Source: Tortispora ganteri
Lineage: Eukaryota
Length of the DNA stretch: 64,000 bases
Direction: 5' to 3'
NCBI GenBank assembly: GCA_003707115.1
Contig: PPNB01000001.1
Coordinates: 558,001-622,000, forward strand
The notes beneath the pieces were generated by a model. The model worked only from the letters and a program-made list of their open reading frames with translations, did not search any database and was not told the origin of the DNA. Made by a program: the position numbers and the translations under genes. Positions within the stretch are counted from its first letter, which is position 1. Each line of letters starts with the position of its first letter. This document shows positions 39,650 to 50,390 of the stretch, in pieces.

Positions 39650-41491
39650 TCATTCGTCCTCGTCTGAAGACGTCAAGTCAGGGTTCGCAATGAAAAGTTT
39701 AGAGTGGCTAGGAATGGCAGTCTCGAGATCATCTTCAGAGTCTGAGTCCACATAGTATTGATTTGGCATGAATGTGCCAAATTGTATTTCAACAGGCGAT
39801 CCATGTGAATTGGCCGGACTTATTTGATTCGATGGATAGTTATTCACTTCATTTTCTGATTGTTGAGCATTTGACTGCATACTGCTCCGCGATTCAAAGT
39901 CAAACATTTGGTTATTGAGCGGAATCTGAGATTGTGAATTCCTTGTATCCGTAGAGTTTCGTGAAACAGTTCCTGATACGGGATTCAATGAACTCGCAGA
40001 TATATCAGGAGAAAACCTGCCATCTAGTGTAGTATCAAGAGAGAGTCTATTTGAACTAGAAGGATTCAGTGAGGCCCGGTCGCTGAACTCGCTTGACTGG
40101 TGTCGCACAGATTCATCGTATTCTGTATTAACGTCATCATCAAGACGCATATCAATTCTTGGTCGCAGTTTTCCGTGCATGTAGAAGGCACTAGAATGTG
40201 CAGATCCTAATTGACGTCGCACATTAGGAGCAGTATTGAGATTCTTCGGATTTTTTACGGCGCCTTTCACATTAGCAGGAGGCTTCTTATCCGTAGCGAC
40301 TGCTCCTTTGTGCTGCCTCAAGTATGTGACGTATTCACTTCGATTGTTAGGATACGATTTTCTGTTTTTTAACATATTGAGAATCGTCTGGTGCTTTGCC
40401 TGGGGTATAGTAATATCTGGGCTTCTAGGCGTATCGCGAAATGCAAGGTCAAGGGAAGAGGCCGAGTAGGCAGAGGTGCGTTTGCGGCCTGATCTGCTTA
40501 TTACAGATATTGGCCGGTTGACACTAATCATACTTGAGGTAGATTGGTTTCGAGAATGAAATGCCCCCACTCGTGTGTCTACTTTTATGTTTCTAAAGTC
40601 TGCAGCGGGAGCGAGTCCCGAAGAGTTCATGCGGGAGACCAGCGAGCTCCTTAAAGGCTGACTTTGGCTTTGTGAGCTATCCGGCGTTAATTCGTTGTTC
40701 GAAACATTGTTTGAAACACTGAGCGTCGAAAAAGATTCACTAATAGTATCTTCGCCGTAATATTCGTGCAGTGAGTCTGGTTGGTGAAACGTTTCGGTGT
40801 TCAGTTCGGCAGAAACAGCGAGGCCAAACTCGTCTTCAGTGGTATTCGATGAGGCTCTGGCAATTTCGTCAGCGTACGTTTCGGCAGGAACTGGTGGGAC
40901 TGTGTCGAGGATCACAGGGCTAGAGCGGTCTGAGACAATTAGATCGGGGGAGTCGCGGAATGACGAATATGCAGATGCGGAGACGGATGTGTCAGTAGGA
41001 GAATAGACGGAATCGGGATCATCACTGTGGGATGATGCAGTTACAATAGGAGGCGACGATGGTGCAGTGACCAAGCCAGAATCAGTGCTGGAACCGTAGT
41101 TTCGAAGAGGATATTGCAGTGGTAGAACTGTCTGGTGATGGTCGATCGACGGCAGATCGTCTATGGCGGTAGAGACTGGGCGTCTGCGGACATTAGTAGA
41201 AGCTCTGAGATGCGCAGGTAGCAAACTGGCGGGGTGCGCATGTGGGAAAGAACTGGCGTTTAAAGGCGGATTAACAAGTGGTGATTGCGGACGTGCTTGA
41301 GGCACTGGTGAAACGTTTGGTAGTGGAGGTCTGGGTTTAGGCAGCAATGATTCGGAAGGCCGACCGACATGTTGAAGATGAGGTATAGGTGGAGAGGGGG
41401 ACTGGTGTCTTTGGACCGTGGGCAAGCTTGGAACCGAAGATGGATCTATTTTCGAGGCAGATGTGACATATAAAGAATCATTTTGCGACAT
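39650..41491 (-). CDS. Hypothetical Ser/Pro-rich disordered protein, 613 aa, ending in KLFIANPD plus an acidic tail
   Basis: Long ORF; low-complexity composition. Confidence 0.75.
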   Translation of the reverse strand: MSQNDSLYVTSASKIDPSSVPSLPTVQRHQSPSPPIPHLQHVGRPSESLLPKPRPPLPNVSPVPQARPQSPLVNPPLNASSFPHAHPASLLPAHLRASTNVRRRPVSTAIDDLPSIDHHQTVLPLQYPLRNYGSSTDSGLVTAPSSPPIVTASSHSDDPDSVYSPTDTSVSASAYSSFRDSPDLIVSDRSSPVILDTVPPVPAETYADEIARASSNTTEDEFGLAVSAELNTETFHQPDSLHEYYGEDTISESFSTLSVSNNVSNNELTPDSSQSQSQPLRSSLVSRMNSSGLAPAADFRNIKVDTRVGAFHSRNQSTSSMISVNRPISVISRSGRKRTSAYSASSLDLAFRDTPRSPDITIPQAKHQTILNMLKNRKSYPNNRSEYVTYLRQHKGAVATDKKPPANVKGAVKNPKNLNTAPNVRRQLGSAHSSAFYMHGKLRPRIDMRLDDDVNTEYDESVRHQSSEFSDRASLNPSSSNRLSLDTTLDGRFSPDISASSLNPVSGTVSRNSTDTRNSQSQIPLNNQMFDFESRSSMQSNAQQSENEVNNYPSNQISPANSHGSPVEIQFGTFMPNQYYVDSDSEDDLETAIPSHSKLFIANPDLTSSDEDE

Positions 41492-42104
41492 GTCAAGAGG
41501 CTTTACTTCATTTAAATGGGGAAGTTTGGCCTTTTGATGCGAAAATGTGCAGGAGAATGGTGAGTGTTTGTGGATATGGTTGTCAGGGAACTGTTGTGAA
41601 ATGTATGAACTGGCAAGGATCTAATGTGAGAACGGGGAGGACTATGCGTTTGACCTGTGAACAGGAAGTGGAGGAGCTTGTTAGTCAAATTTCTCAATAT
41701 ACAAACGCTTGTAATTTTAGTAGTTATTGTGCTTTCTGGGGGCACTGACATATGCGCTAAGAGGGAGAGATACGAAGAGTTGCTTGTGTATTGTGTACAA
41801 GTCAAACTTTATTATCAATAAAGATGAAAAGATGTGCCTGGGGCTACCAGCCTCAGGCATCATAGGTAATGCGTTGCAGCTATGTTTATATCATTAAAGC
41901 TACTGTATCTGTGATTGCTGCAGTGCTGTAGTAATGTAAACCTACAGGTATCACTGTGACGGTGGTGGTAGCGGAGAAACTTGAATGATCAGCCATTGTG
42001 TAGCGCTTGCACTTCTCTTTACTTACCATTCAAGGTTTCACTGTGAGTCTATACCCATCTACCCGCGCTGTTGCACTTCAGGCTAACTGATTAAATAATC
42101 AATA

Positions 42105-44294
42105 ATGAGTCATTCGCCTCCGGGAAGACTTGTATTTACCAACAGCCATAAGCAAAAGGTGAAGAAAAGAAAACCGCACGTTGATCCGGCTCACAGAAAA
42201 CGCATAGCTGTTGCATGCGAGAATTGCAAGCGACGCAAACAGAAATGCGATGGACGTTCGCCATGCAGCATTTGCTCACACAGACATGTTGAATGCATTT
42301 ATCCTTTAAGCGATCGTGTAAATTATACACCGTCTTCAAAATATGACACCCCTGTCGACGACACGACTTCATCGCGGTCCGAATCTCCGTTAGCCGAGGC
42401 TAACCACTCGGATTATCATCCAGACATCTCCGCTTCTCTGCAGACCACTAAAGCAGCAGAGTCCACGCTCCAGGCAGTTGATTTCAACTACAACGGTCTG
42501 CTGACTGACCATAGCGGCAAAATTCGTTACGTTGGTGAGTCCTCGATACACTCCATCCTACAAAGAGCTCGTCTTCTCTTTCGCAACAAAATAGCGCAGT
42601 CAGCATTCACTGAAGACCCGCTGCAATTCACTCTGATGGATGGCCCGCTACACCATCCATCGCCAACACCGCTCCAGCTACCTCCTAAACATGTCTGTGA
42701 TCTATTTCTCCTGATGTACAAAGAGAATGTCGCCAATGTCATCTCTATACTCGATCTAAACGTGTTCATAGCCGAGATTAACTTGCTTTATGAATCACCA
42801 ATGACCGCCTCTAAGTCAACTCTCGCTAGAGCTCATTTAGTATTTGCAATCGGAGCTCATTTTTGCAACGTGTACTCTAAGAAATTGAATAGAACTTCTC
42901 CAAAAGTTGTTAAACTGCGCTCAAAATATGGCTCAGAGGTATTTGAAAGCTCGCTCTTTTTTGAAAGCGCTATGGGTATGATGCCAGAAGCCACAGAAGA
43001 CGGATCAATTGCCTGGGTAGAGGCATACATGCTTACCTCAGTCTATTACGAGCTGCTGTGTAAACGCAATGCTGTCTGGTTTTCGCTCGGCTGCGCTATA
43101 AGGCTCGCTCAAGCCCTAGGACTCTCGCGCAAGGCTATTAACGACTCGCTAGAACTCTCTGAGGCGCTGCACAACCGCAGAATCTGGCGTGAACTATTTA
43201 TAAGAGAAACAGTGTTGTCGCTGTCACTTGGCCGGCCAATGTCAATATCGCTAGATGACTGGGACGATATTGATGCAGATATAGTGGATCAAAATGACTC
43301 GGCATCTGTGCAGCTAGCGAAACTGTGCATGATCACTGCCGAAATTTGCCGTCATGTTTATCGACTCAAAGGTATATCTAGCTCTGACGCGCAGAAAATG
43401 TATAAACGACTGTCTACCTGGTCGGAACAGTTGCCGGCAGATATGAAGATTGAAGCAGTGATCCAATGTTCAAAATCAGTTACCGGTTTGGCTAATTCCA
43501 ACATTCACATGCTTCTATCGCTACATTTAACATATTTGAACAGTATAATGCTCTTAACGCGTCCGTTTTTATACTATATGACAGTCAACCGAATCACGAA
43601 GACGCAGAAGTACGGTCCAGAGGCTATGGTCGCATTCAAGAATGTTGGCCAGATTTGCGTGCGGAGTGCTATGATATCTGCGGGCCTTGTTGAAAAGGTT
43701 TTTTCTGCAAACAAAGAACCTATATATGCGAATACGCTTGTATATTACATGTTCTCGTGTGGTATATCGATTGTCTTGTCGATGGTGCGTAACGAGAATG
43801 CCGACACATCGTATACGGCCTCCTTTGAGCTCTGTCGAAAGATTCTTAGTTTTTATAAATCTTATGATCTTTACTCAGAACGCTATTATAAGATTCTGAC
43901 GATGCTATATGCCGCAGTTCAAGGTGCAGACAAGACGGGTAATGTGTCCAAGAAAGAGTCAGAACCTTCGGAAACGCTGAATACTCCATTAATAGATGAA
44001 GTTCGGAATAACGCTTCCAGTGACTTGTCAGTACATTTTATGGCTGATATTGCCCTTGGATCGCAAAACAAAATATCAGGCTCGCATATCCCGAGCACAT
44101 CATCCTCTACGTCTTCGATAAACAACTTCATCGACAACGATTCTTGGAAGAACGTCTCCCCGAACTCTATACTGCACGACTTCGGCCAGATCAATGATTT
44201 TGATTTTTTTTTCCCAACTAACGATCTCGCTAACAGCGATGAGACATGGTGGTTTTCCGCATTAGGCCCCGTATCTACCGATCCTTCACTGTAA
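42105..44294 (+). CDS. Zn(II)2Cys6 fungal transcription factor with middle homology region
   Basis: ACENCKRRKQKCDGRSPCSICSHRHVECIY; GCAIRLAQALGL; SLGRP. Confidence 0.93.
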   Translation: MSHSPPGRLVFTNSHKQKVKKRKPHVDPAHRKRIAVACENCKRRKQKCDGRSPCSICSHRHVECIYPLSDRVNYTPSSKYDTPVDDTTSSRSESPLAEANHSDYHPDISASLQTTKAAESTLQAVDFNYNGLLTDHSGKIRYVGESSIHSILQRARLLFRNKIAQSAFTEDPLQFTLMDGPLHHPSPTPLQLPPKHVCDLFLLMYKENVANVISILDLNVFIAEINLLYESPMTASKSTLARAHLVFAIGAHFCNVYSKKLNRTSPKVVKLRSKYGSEVFESSLFFESAMGMMPEATEDGSIAWVEAYMLTSVYYELLCKRNAVWFSLGCAIRLAQALGLSRKAINDSLELSEALHNRRIWRELFIRETVLSLSLGRPMSISLDDWDDIDADIVDQNDSASVQLAKLCMITAEICRHVYRLKGISSSDAQKMYKRLSTWSEQLPADMKIEAVIQCSKSVTGLANSNIHMLLSLHLTYLNSIMLLTRPFLYYMTVNRITKTQKYGPEAMVAFKNVGQICVRSAMISAGLVEKVFSANKEPIYANTLVYYMFSCGISIVLSMVRNENADTSYTASFELCRKILSFYKSYDLYSERYYKILTMLYAAVQGADKTGNVSKKESEPSETLNTPLIDEVRNNASSDLSVHFMADIALGSQNKISGSHIPSTSSSTSSINNFIDNDSWKNVSPNSILHDFGQINDFDFFFPTNDLANSDETWWFSALGPVSTDPSL

Positions 44295-45071
44295 TCGCCG
44301 CGCGGCATGACTACACTTCAGGCAAGTTGAACTTTATCTTGTTTAAAGTTCAGTCAGTGACTCTTGGTATTCTGCGGCAGCTAATAACGTCTTTGCCGAA
44401 AGGACTAGCAGAAGCGCGATCACAATAGTTTACGTGACCTGGCTCACCATGATTATGTACTTTTATACGTTGCGTTAATTGTGTTAACATGTATGCAACG
44501 GAAAGCTATCACGTATTGCTGTTCTCGTTTCTAGTCAAACATAATGCGACACGATCGCGCGCCTCGTACATTCCATAAGCATACTTGATATATATCCACA
44601 CTATGTTTAAATGCAAATTTGCGCACATATGCTGTGCAATTGTCTATTTTAGTCATTTTATACATTTTACTGGAAAACTAAATCGACATTAGGCGTGGTT
44701 TACGCTATATACTACGAGGATCGTCCAACCTTATTGCTTATACCCATAGCAACCAACAGCTTAATTCTGGGAGCAATTACTAAAATAGGCTAGCAGCCTA
44801 TTTCATATGCCTCTTTGTGGCATATGAAATCTCCCAATTGATTTCAATATTGCTCCATTTAGCCGCTAACAGGATATCATTTCACCTTTTATCCCTGAAT
44901 TTCTGATAAGAAGGGTCTTTTTACCGTAATATCGTTTTATCTAATATAGTCAGGTATTTGTTGATTTTGCTTTTGCTGTGTCCAAAGCAACATAACCACC
45001 AGTTTTTACAGACTTATACGGTTTCGCCTTCCGTCACCAGTTTGATCGCTTGACCTTGCCTCCTTATAACA

Positions 45072-46193
45072 ATGGCCAATACCGATTACCTTCAAGACAC
45101 TATAGTTGAATTATCCGGACCTGGTGGTGTCCGTAAATGGACTCTGCCTGTTACAATTACCCGCCGTGCGCAATCCGATGACGGCGCAAACTGCATAGAC
45201 AGTGCTACCTATGCTTGTGCTACTGTTTCAAGAACCCATGCGAGATTGTATTGCTCCAATAACGAAGCGTATATCGCTGACTGTAACTCGACCCACGGAA
45301 CTTACGTAAATGGTGTCCGCGTTGTTCAGCCTACAAAGATATTCCCCGGTGATGTGCTGAAACTTGGTACCCGATTGCGCAACGACTGCCAAACCTATGA
45401 GCCGGTAGAACACATTATCGAAGCTGTGAGGTATCCTGGATCTGTGAATAAACGCAGATTCAGAGTCCCAGATTACGATGATGATATTGGAAGCGTGATC
45501 GCATGCTCGGAGACTGACTTCCCTGCCCCAAAGCGTCTTCGATTTGACCCAAAGGCCGATATTATACCTAGCAGCTCTGAAGAATCAGAAGACAATAATG
45601 GTAACTTTGCGCAGGCTGATCAGCTTGAAATCAATTCCTTTGAAAAGGATGACGAAGCATATAGCCCAGATATCTCTGCTATTAATGTCATCCGAGACCT
45701 AGAGCCTGCTAATATTAATATCCCTTATAGCATTTTGGATGGAATCTCTGACGATGATTTGGCGGACTTACCTGATCACACAGATGAAAAAGATGCTATT
45801 AGCATGGAATCTGATGAATCTCAAGTTTTTGATCAAGCTTCTTCAGATGGTTCATCATCTTCCTCAGAAGATGATGGTTCTTCTTTGCTTAATGAAGGTG
45901 TCCAAATTGTTCAGGACTCTGTAGATTTGCTTCAACAGCAACCATGCTTTTCTCCTTCCTCTTCTAATTTATCCACTTCTTTTGAAGATGATAGAATCAG
46001 TCCTGCCACTTCGCTCGACAGCCACGAAGATATTGAAGCCAGTGAAATCAAACCAGAGCTTGTTGTCACATCTATGCCCGTGACACAAAACCAATCTTCG
46101 CGTAAATGGATCACAATCGCTGGACTGACTGGTGCAGTCATTGGTTCTTTAGGTACATTGACTGCTCTGATTGCTACTGCACCGGTTGAATGA
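45072..46193 (+). CDS. FHA-domain protein with acidic linker and C-terminal transmembrane tail anchor
   Basis: VSRTHA, DCNSTHGTYVNG, GDVLKLG; C-terminal hydrophobic WITIAGLTGAVIGSLGTLTALIATAP. Confidence 0.8.
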   Translation: MANTDYLQDTIVELSGPGGVRKWTLPVTITRRAQSDDGANCIDSATYACATVSRTHARLYCSNNEAYIADCNSTHGTYVNGVRVVQPTKIFPGDVLKLGTRLRNDCQTYEPVEHIIEAVRYPGSVNKRRFRVPDYDDDIGSVIACSETDFPAPKRLRFDPKADIIPSSSEESEDNNGNFAQADQLEINSFEKDDEAYSPDISAINVIRDLEPANINIPYSILDGISDDDLADLPDHTDEKDAISMESDESQVFDQASSDGSSSSSEDDGSSLLNEGVQIVQDSVDLLQQQPCFSPSSSNLSTSFEDDRISPATSLDSHEDIEASEIKPELVVTSMPVTQNQSSRKWITIAGLTGAVIGSLGTLTALIATAPVE

Positions 46194-46409
46194 TGAGTGC
46201 ATGGGTATGTCACTTTTCATGGTTTTAATATGCTTGGGAATTTCTTTTAGCTGGTTTTTTTTTTATAATTCTATAATATATCCATACGTATGCACAAATG
46301 TACAGTCTCTGTTTGTAAGGACACCCCAGTTAGCTGAATAAAACGTAAAAAGTATATATAGGTTTATCATCGAAAGTAAAGGGAAAAGATGTTATAATGA
46401 AAGAACCGA

Positions 46410-47198
46410 TTAAGCGCGTTTGCGGCGACCAACTTGTGCATGGAAACCAGTTTTGATACCTTGTACGGACCTTCTTGATCCGCAGCTTTGACATTCGACG
46501 AAATACAGACGGTTCTCTTTGCTGAGTTTTGTGTTAACACTCTTGCAGGTTTTGCATGTGACATACTCGACAATGTAACGCCGTAACACCATTTCGAGCT
46601 GTTTCTGTTGGAATCGGCCTTTAATAACGAGTCGGACGCTTCCATCTACGGAACCAGTAGTACCTAACTCAGCAAACAAGAACTGGGTAACATGTTCGAC
46701 GGGGCGGTGCATGCGCTCGGCAATGTCTTTGACATTAGCAAAGATAGTCTTTTTGTTACCTTCCCGCATAACCATAGGTGGCGGAATTTTATATTTGACG
46801 CCAGAGCGATCGCCGGCAAGCTCTGGGTTGTTCTCCTGAAGGATTTTGAAGAATCGGTCGAGAAGTTCCAAATATTGAGATTCACGTTCTGCGGCAAGAG
46901 AATCACTCTTGCTATCAGCTTGTCCAGAAACAACACCAGACTTCTGCAATTCAGCCTCAAACGCATCAGCCTCATCAGCACCAGCGGCGCGTGCTTTCTT
47001 TTTCTTTTTCTTTTTGAAATCAAAGTCTGACGATGCGGGTGTACTAGCGGCGCTCTCGCTAGAGTTAGCGCCATCACCTTCAGCGAGAAACGCGGGTTTC
47101 TTTTTCTTCTTCTTCAGACCAGCAAACATCTGAGTCATTTCATCGACATCCTTGTCTACAGGCGTTTCCGTCTTTTGGGGCTCTTCTACTTCCGACAT
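46410..47198 (-). CDS. SUI3: Translation initiation factor eIF2 beta
   Basis: Lysine boxes, [16 protein letters not shown]...CQSC zinc finger. First ATG is at 47198. Confidence 0.96.
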   Translation of the reverse strand: MSEVEEPQKTETPVDKDVDEMTQMFAGLKKKKKKPAFLAEGDGANSSESAASTPASSDFDFKKKKKKKARAAGADEADAFEAELQKSGVVSGQADSKSDSLAAERESQYLELLDRFFKILQENNPELAGDRSGVKYKIPPPMVMREGNKKTIFANVKDIAERMHRPVEHVTQFLFAELGTTGSVDGSVRLVIKGRFQQKQLEMVLRRYIVEYVTCKTCKSVNTKLSKENRLYFVECQSCGSRRSVQGIKTGFHAQVGRRKRA

Positions 47199-47446
47199 TG
47201 TGTTAGCCACAGGTGAGCCCAGGTGTAGAGAAAAATCGTACAAAAAAGATGTGAATTTGCCCTAACCCTAATTCAAAGAGTCTGCTAATTTCAAGGGTGT
47301 GTATATGTGAATGGATCTGCTATACGGGCGGCGCCGAGCTATTTTTTGGAGAGGTTAATTTATTCGCAAAGTCTATTACTAAGTCTATGTTATCATTAAG
47401 CAAAAGAGAGGAAACGTAGTAGAGAGTTTCGTCGAATAGACATCGC

Positions 47447-48144
47447 CTAAGCGAACTCAGATCGCTCTAGTTCCAATGTAGCGTCTGTGGCTAGTTTGTC
47501 GGTACCACGAATATGTGCAAGGTCTATTGGTTCTAGGTTACCTGCGGAATTAAATTTATTCACTGACCATCCTGCGTTTCCGTACCATCTGTCTTCGTTC
47601 ACTGTTCCGTGGAGTCTATATTTGAAGAACCCACCGTGACCGACGACGGCTATGTTTTTCTCTGGTCTACTACGGATAAAGTCTCTAACCCATATGCCTC
47701 TCTGATCAAGTGCTTCGTCATGGGGTGCCCAGAATCCGGTCTTCGAGTTCCAGCCGTCTGTGAGGCGAGAGTAATCCATGTCGTTATAGAGATCCTGTAC
47801 TTCAGGAATACCATAGCCCGTGTCGCAAGGTTTGTCTGACTCCTCTTGGAGTTCAGGCATAACAATGAACGGTACACCGTTTTCAAAGCAGTATTTTAGG
47901 CCAATTCGTGCAGTTTGAAGCGTACGTCGTAAAGGCGAAACTAGAACAAGCTCAATTTTCTCGACGGGGAATATCGACTGGAGCTCTTCGCTTTGCTCGA
48001 TACCTTTGTCGGTGAGCAAAGCGTCTTACCTGTTAGAATAGGTAATTATTCATATAATATATATTACGTACCTCTTATATGGTGTTGCATATCGACATTA
48101 TGGTGGCCTTGGGCGTGTCTGATCAAATAGACGGTTTGAGTCAT
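47447..48144 (-). CDS. Histidine phosphatase / phosphoglycerate-mutase-like protein; join(48144..48072,48024..47447)
   Basis: Exon 1 MTQTVYLIRHAQGHHN (RHA motif); 47-nt intron GTACGT...TTCTAAC...AAG restores IRDALLTDKG; SPLRRTLQT, PCDTG, VVGHGGF. Confidence 0.88.
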
Positions 48145-48235
48145 AAGTAAAGTGCAACCCCCATCATGCAAGCAGATCGCCTTCTCCCTCTTCCCTAATA
48201 CCTTTTTAGTTGCATTTTCTACGAGTTTGGGCTAA

Positions 48236-49246
48236 ATGGATGATGATTTCTTCATCAGAAAGCCGAAAAGGAAGAAACAGGCTGAAACACATGTAGATAC
48301 TAATTTAGACTCGCGACTTGAAAATAAAAAGCAAGAAATAGCGTTACGAGAATTGAGCAGCAGCAGCAGTAACAGCAGCAGAGTCGAATCTACACCATTG
48401 TCTAACAATTCTAGAACAACACCACCAGTGGTCACCAAACAAATTTCTAGCCACATAGTTACTGATCAAAACACGCTCGAAATTGATGATTTACTCAGTG
48501 ACGACGACTACGAAACACGACAGGTCGAGCGACCCAATTACCGTGAACTTTTTGCACATACTCCCTCGTTATCTACTGATGCTGATGTGTTTGTCGCTGT
48601 TATACGCATACATCTGTATACTCCTGGCGCAGAAGTTGACGCTGGCATCCCAATGACTGCTACGAGCAATGCTACTTTCGGTCTAGTGCGTGAGAGATTT
48701 GCACAGAGCATAGAGATTGAAGAGCCGGACAGGTACATCTTAGTACACGGAACAAGTATAATCTACGATTCTACTCAGGTTAAGGCTATGGTCAAACCAA
48801 CTGACCCGCAGATTAATGTTACTATGATGGGCCAGCATCAGTACAACTCCTTGTTGGCGAGCAAGAAGCTAGAGGCGCAGCAAATACTTGTAGAATCACT
48901 CGCGAAGAAGGATGACACTTTGGACGAACATGAAATTGAAGAGAACCTCGAAAAGATCAGACAAGAAGCTCTGCGGCAACCCAATGCTTCTGAGACGAAC
49001 AATGACAATAACAACGCTGAAATAATACGGTTGCGGTTACAGGACGGTGAGAAGGAACTATTAAATGTGGCTACGAATATGACAAAGACAGTAGCAACTA
49101 TCATCAATTACTACCGGCAAAAAAGAGACATTCCTGCAGACAAAACTGTCAAATTGTTGCTGGATGGAGACGAATTAGACCCGTCGTCGACGTTAGAGGA
49201 TGTCGAGGTCGACGATATGTGTGTGGTTGACGTTAAAGTGAAATGA
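48236..49246 (+). CDS. ESC2: SUMO-like-domain protein Esc2/Rad60
   Basis: N-terminal DDDFF, two ubiquitin/SUMO-like folds, C-terminal LLLDGDELDPSSTLEDVEVDD. Confidence 0.75.
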   Translation: MDDDFFIRKPKRKKQAETHVDTNLDSRLENKKQEIALRELSSSSSNSSRVESTPLSNNSRTTPPVVTKQISSHIVTDQNTLEIDDLLSDDDYETRQVERPNYRELFAHTPSLSTDADVFVAVIRIHLYTPGAEVDAGIPMTATSNATFGLVRERFAQSIEIEEPDRYILVHGTSIIYDSTQVKAMVKPTDPQINVTMMGQHQYNSLLASKKLEAQQILVESLAKKDDTLDEHEIEENLEKIRQEALRQPNASETNNDNNNAEIIRLRLQDGEKELLNVATNMTKTVATIINYYRQKRDIPADKTVKLLLDGDELDPSSTLEDVEVDDMCVVDVKVK

Positions 49247-49323
49247 GATGGCAACATTCTCTAATCATTCTTTAATGCAGCACAAAATGCTATATATCGT
49301 AATTATATTATCACTTTCATCTC

Positions 49324-50022
49324 TTAGTCTCTCTTCAGAGGAAACACACGTTCTTCGACGCCATCTTTTGTAACTATTAAGATCTGCAAATTATCACCGA
49401 CCTGTATGTGACGTTCCGTAGCAGACGTAAAAGCATCCAACACAAGTTGGAGAACTTCGTCAAGAGATAGGTACCTCAGCGGCCTCTTTTTAGTGCCGTC
49501 TGATTCTGGATCCATTTGATTTTTGAAATTCACTTGGTTGTCGAGGAAGGGCATTATTAAGCTGGCAGCAGCACCACCTGCACGGCACTGCTCGCGCTCA
49601 TACGAGCCAACAGGGTCAAACGAGTAGACGGCGCCTTTGCCTTCGGGGTCAAGCCCCGCAAGAATAGTGTGTACATAGTAGGGAAAGAACCGTTTATTGT
49701 AGAGTATACTTCTAGACATTCTGGCGCAGGAAGCGAGTTTCATGGGCTTGTTGTTTTGATGGTGGTACCATTCTATGCGTTGCTCAAGTTTTTGAATAAG
49801 CGCGTTACTGTCACCAGCGAACCCGTTGGCAGTGGCTAGAATCTGGTCACCTACATGGAACACTTTGGGCTCGTGGCGCGAATGGATGGAGTAGCCGGAA
49901 GAAAGACGAGTATCGCCGGCCAAAATAGCAAAATCCTCGCCTGCAATTCCTAGAACTGTACCACCATTGTCCGTATATGGATTGAATTGGTGCACTATAG
50001 GCTGATCGTAGGCGGATGTCAT
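49324..50022 (-). CDS. PRE7: 20S proteasome subunit beta-6
   Basis: FNPYTDNGGT, KRFFPYY, SFDPVGSY, ATERHIQVGD, ends LKRD. Confidence 0.96.
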   Translation of the reverse strand: MTSAYDQPIVHQFNPYTDNGGTVLGIAGEDFAILAGDTRLSSGYSIHSRHEPKVFHVGDQILATANGFAGDSNALIQKLEQRIEWYHHQNNKPMKLASCARMSRSILYNKRFFPYYVHTILAGLDPEGKGAVYSFDPVGSYEREQCRAGGAAASLIMPFLDNQVNFKNQMDPESDGTKKRPLRYLSLDEVLQLVLDAFTSATERHIQVGDNLQILIVTKDGVEERVFPLKRD

Positions 50023-50390
50023 GGCTAATTGAGAAAAGTGTTGGTTTGGCCACACAGTGGGAAGTGGTTGTTATTGGAAGCACTAATTCTGACTAGCCGC
50101 ACGCCAGCTGAACGAGTATTATTTGTTACCTTAGGCTGGCAGCATAAATGTCTTATAAATTTTTTATAAGTTAATTGATCGATATAATTAGAATACTAGT
50201 TTTTTAAAATTGATTTACTACTCAAATTTCGCGTGGATGTGCACATCGGATAGTACTACTTAGTTGAGTAATAATATCCTCTGTTATACAGCGGCTACCC
50301 CGAAGCCGTTACCTATTAACTTTTAGCGCTGATATCGCCGAAACACCACCTAACGAAGCATCAATCGCTTATGTCGAGGCAATATAACGA

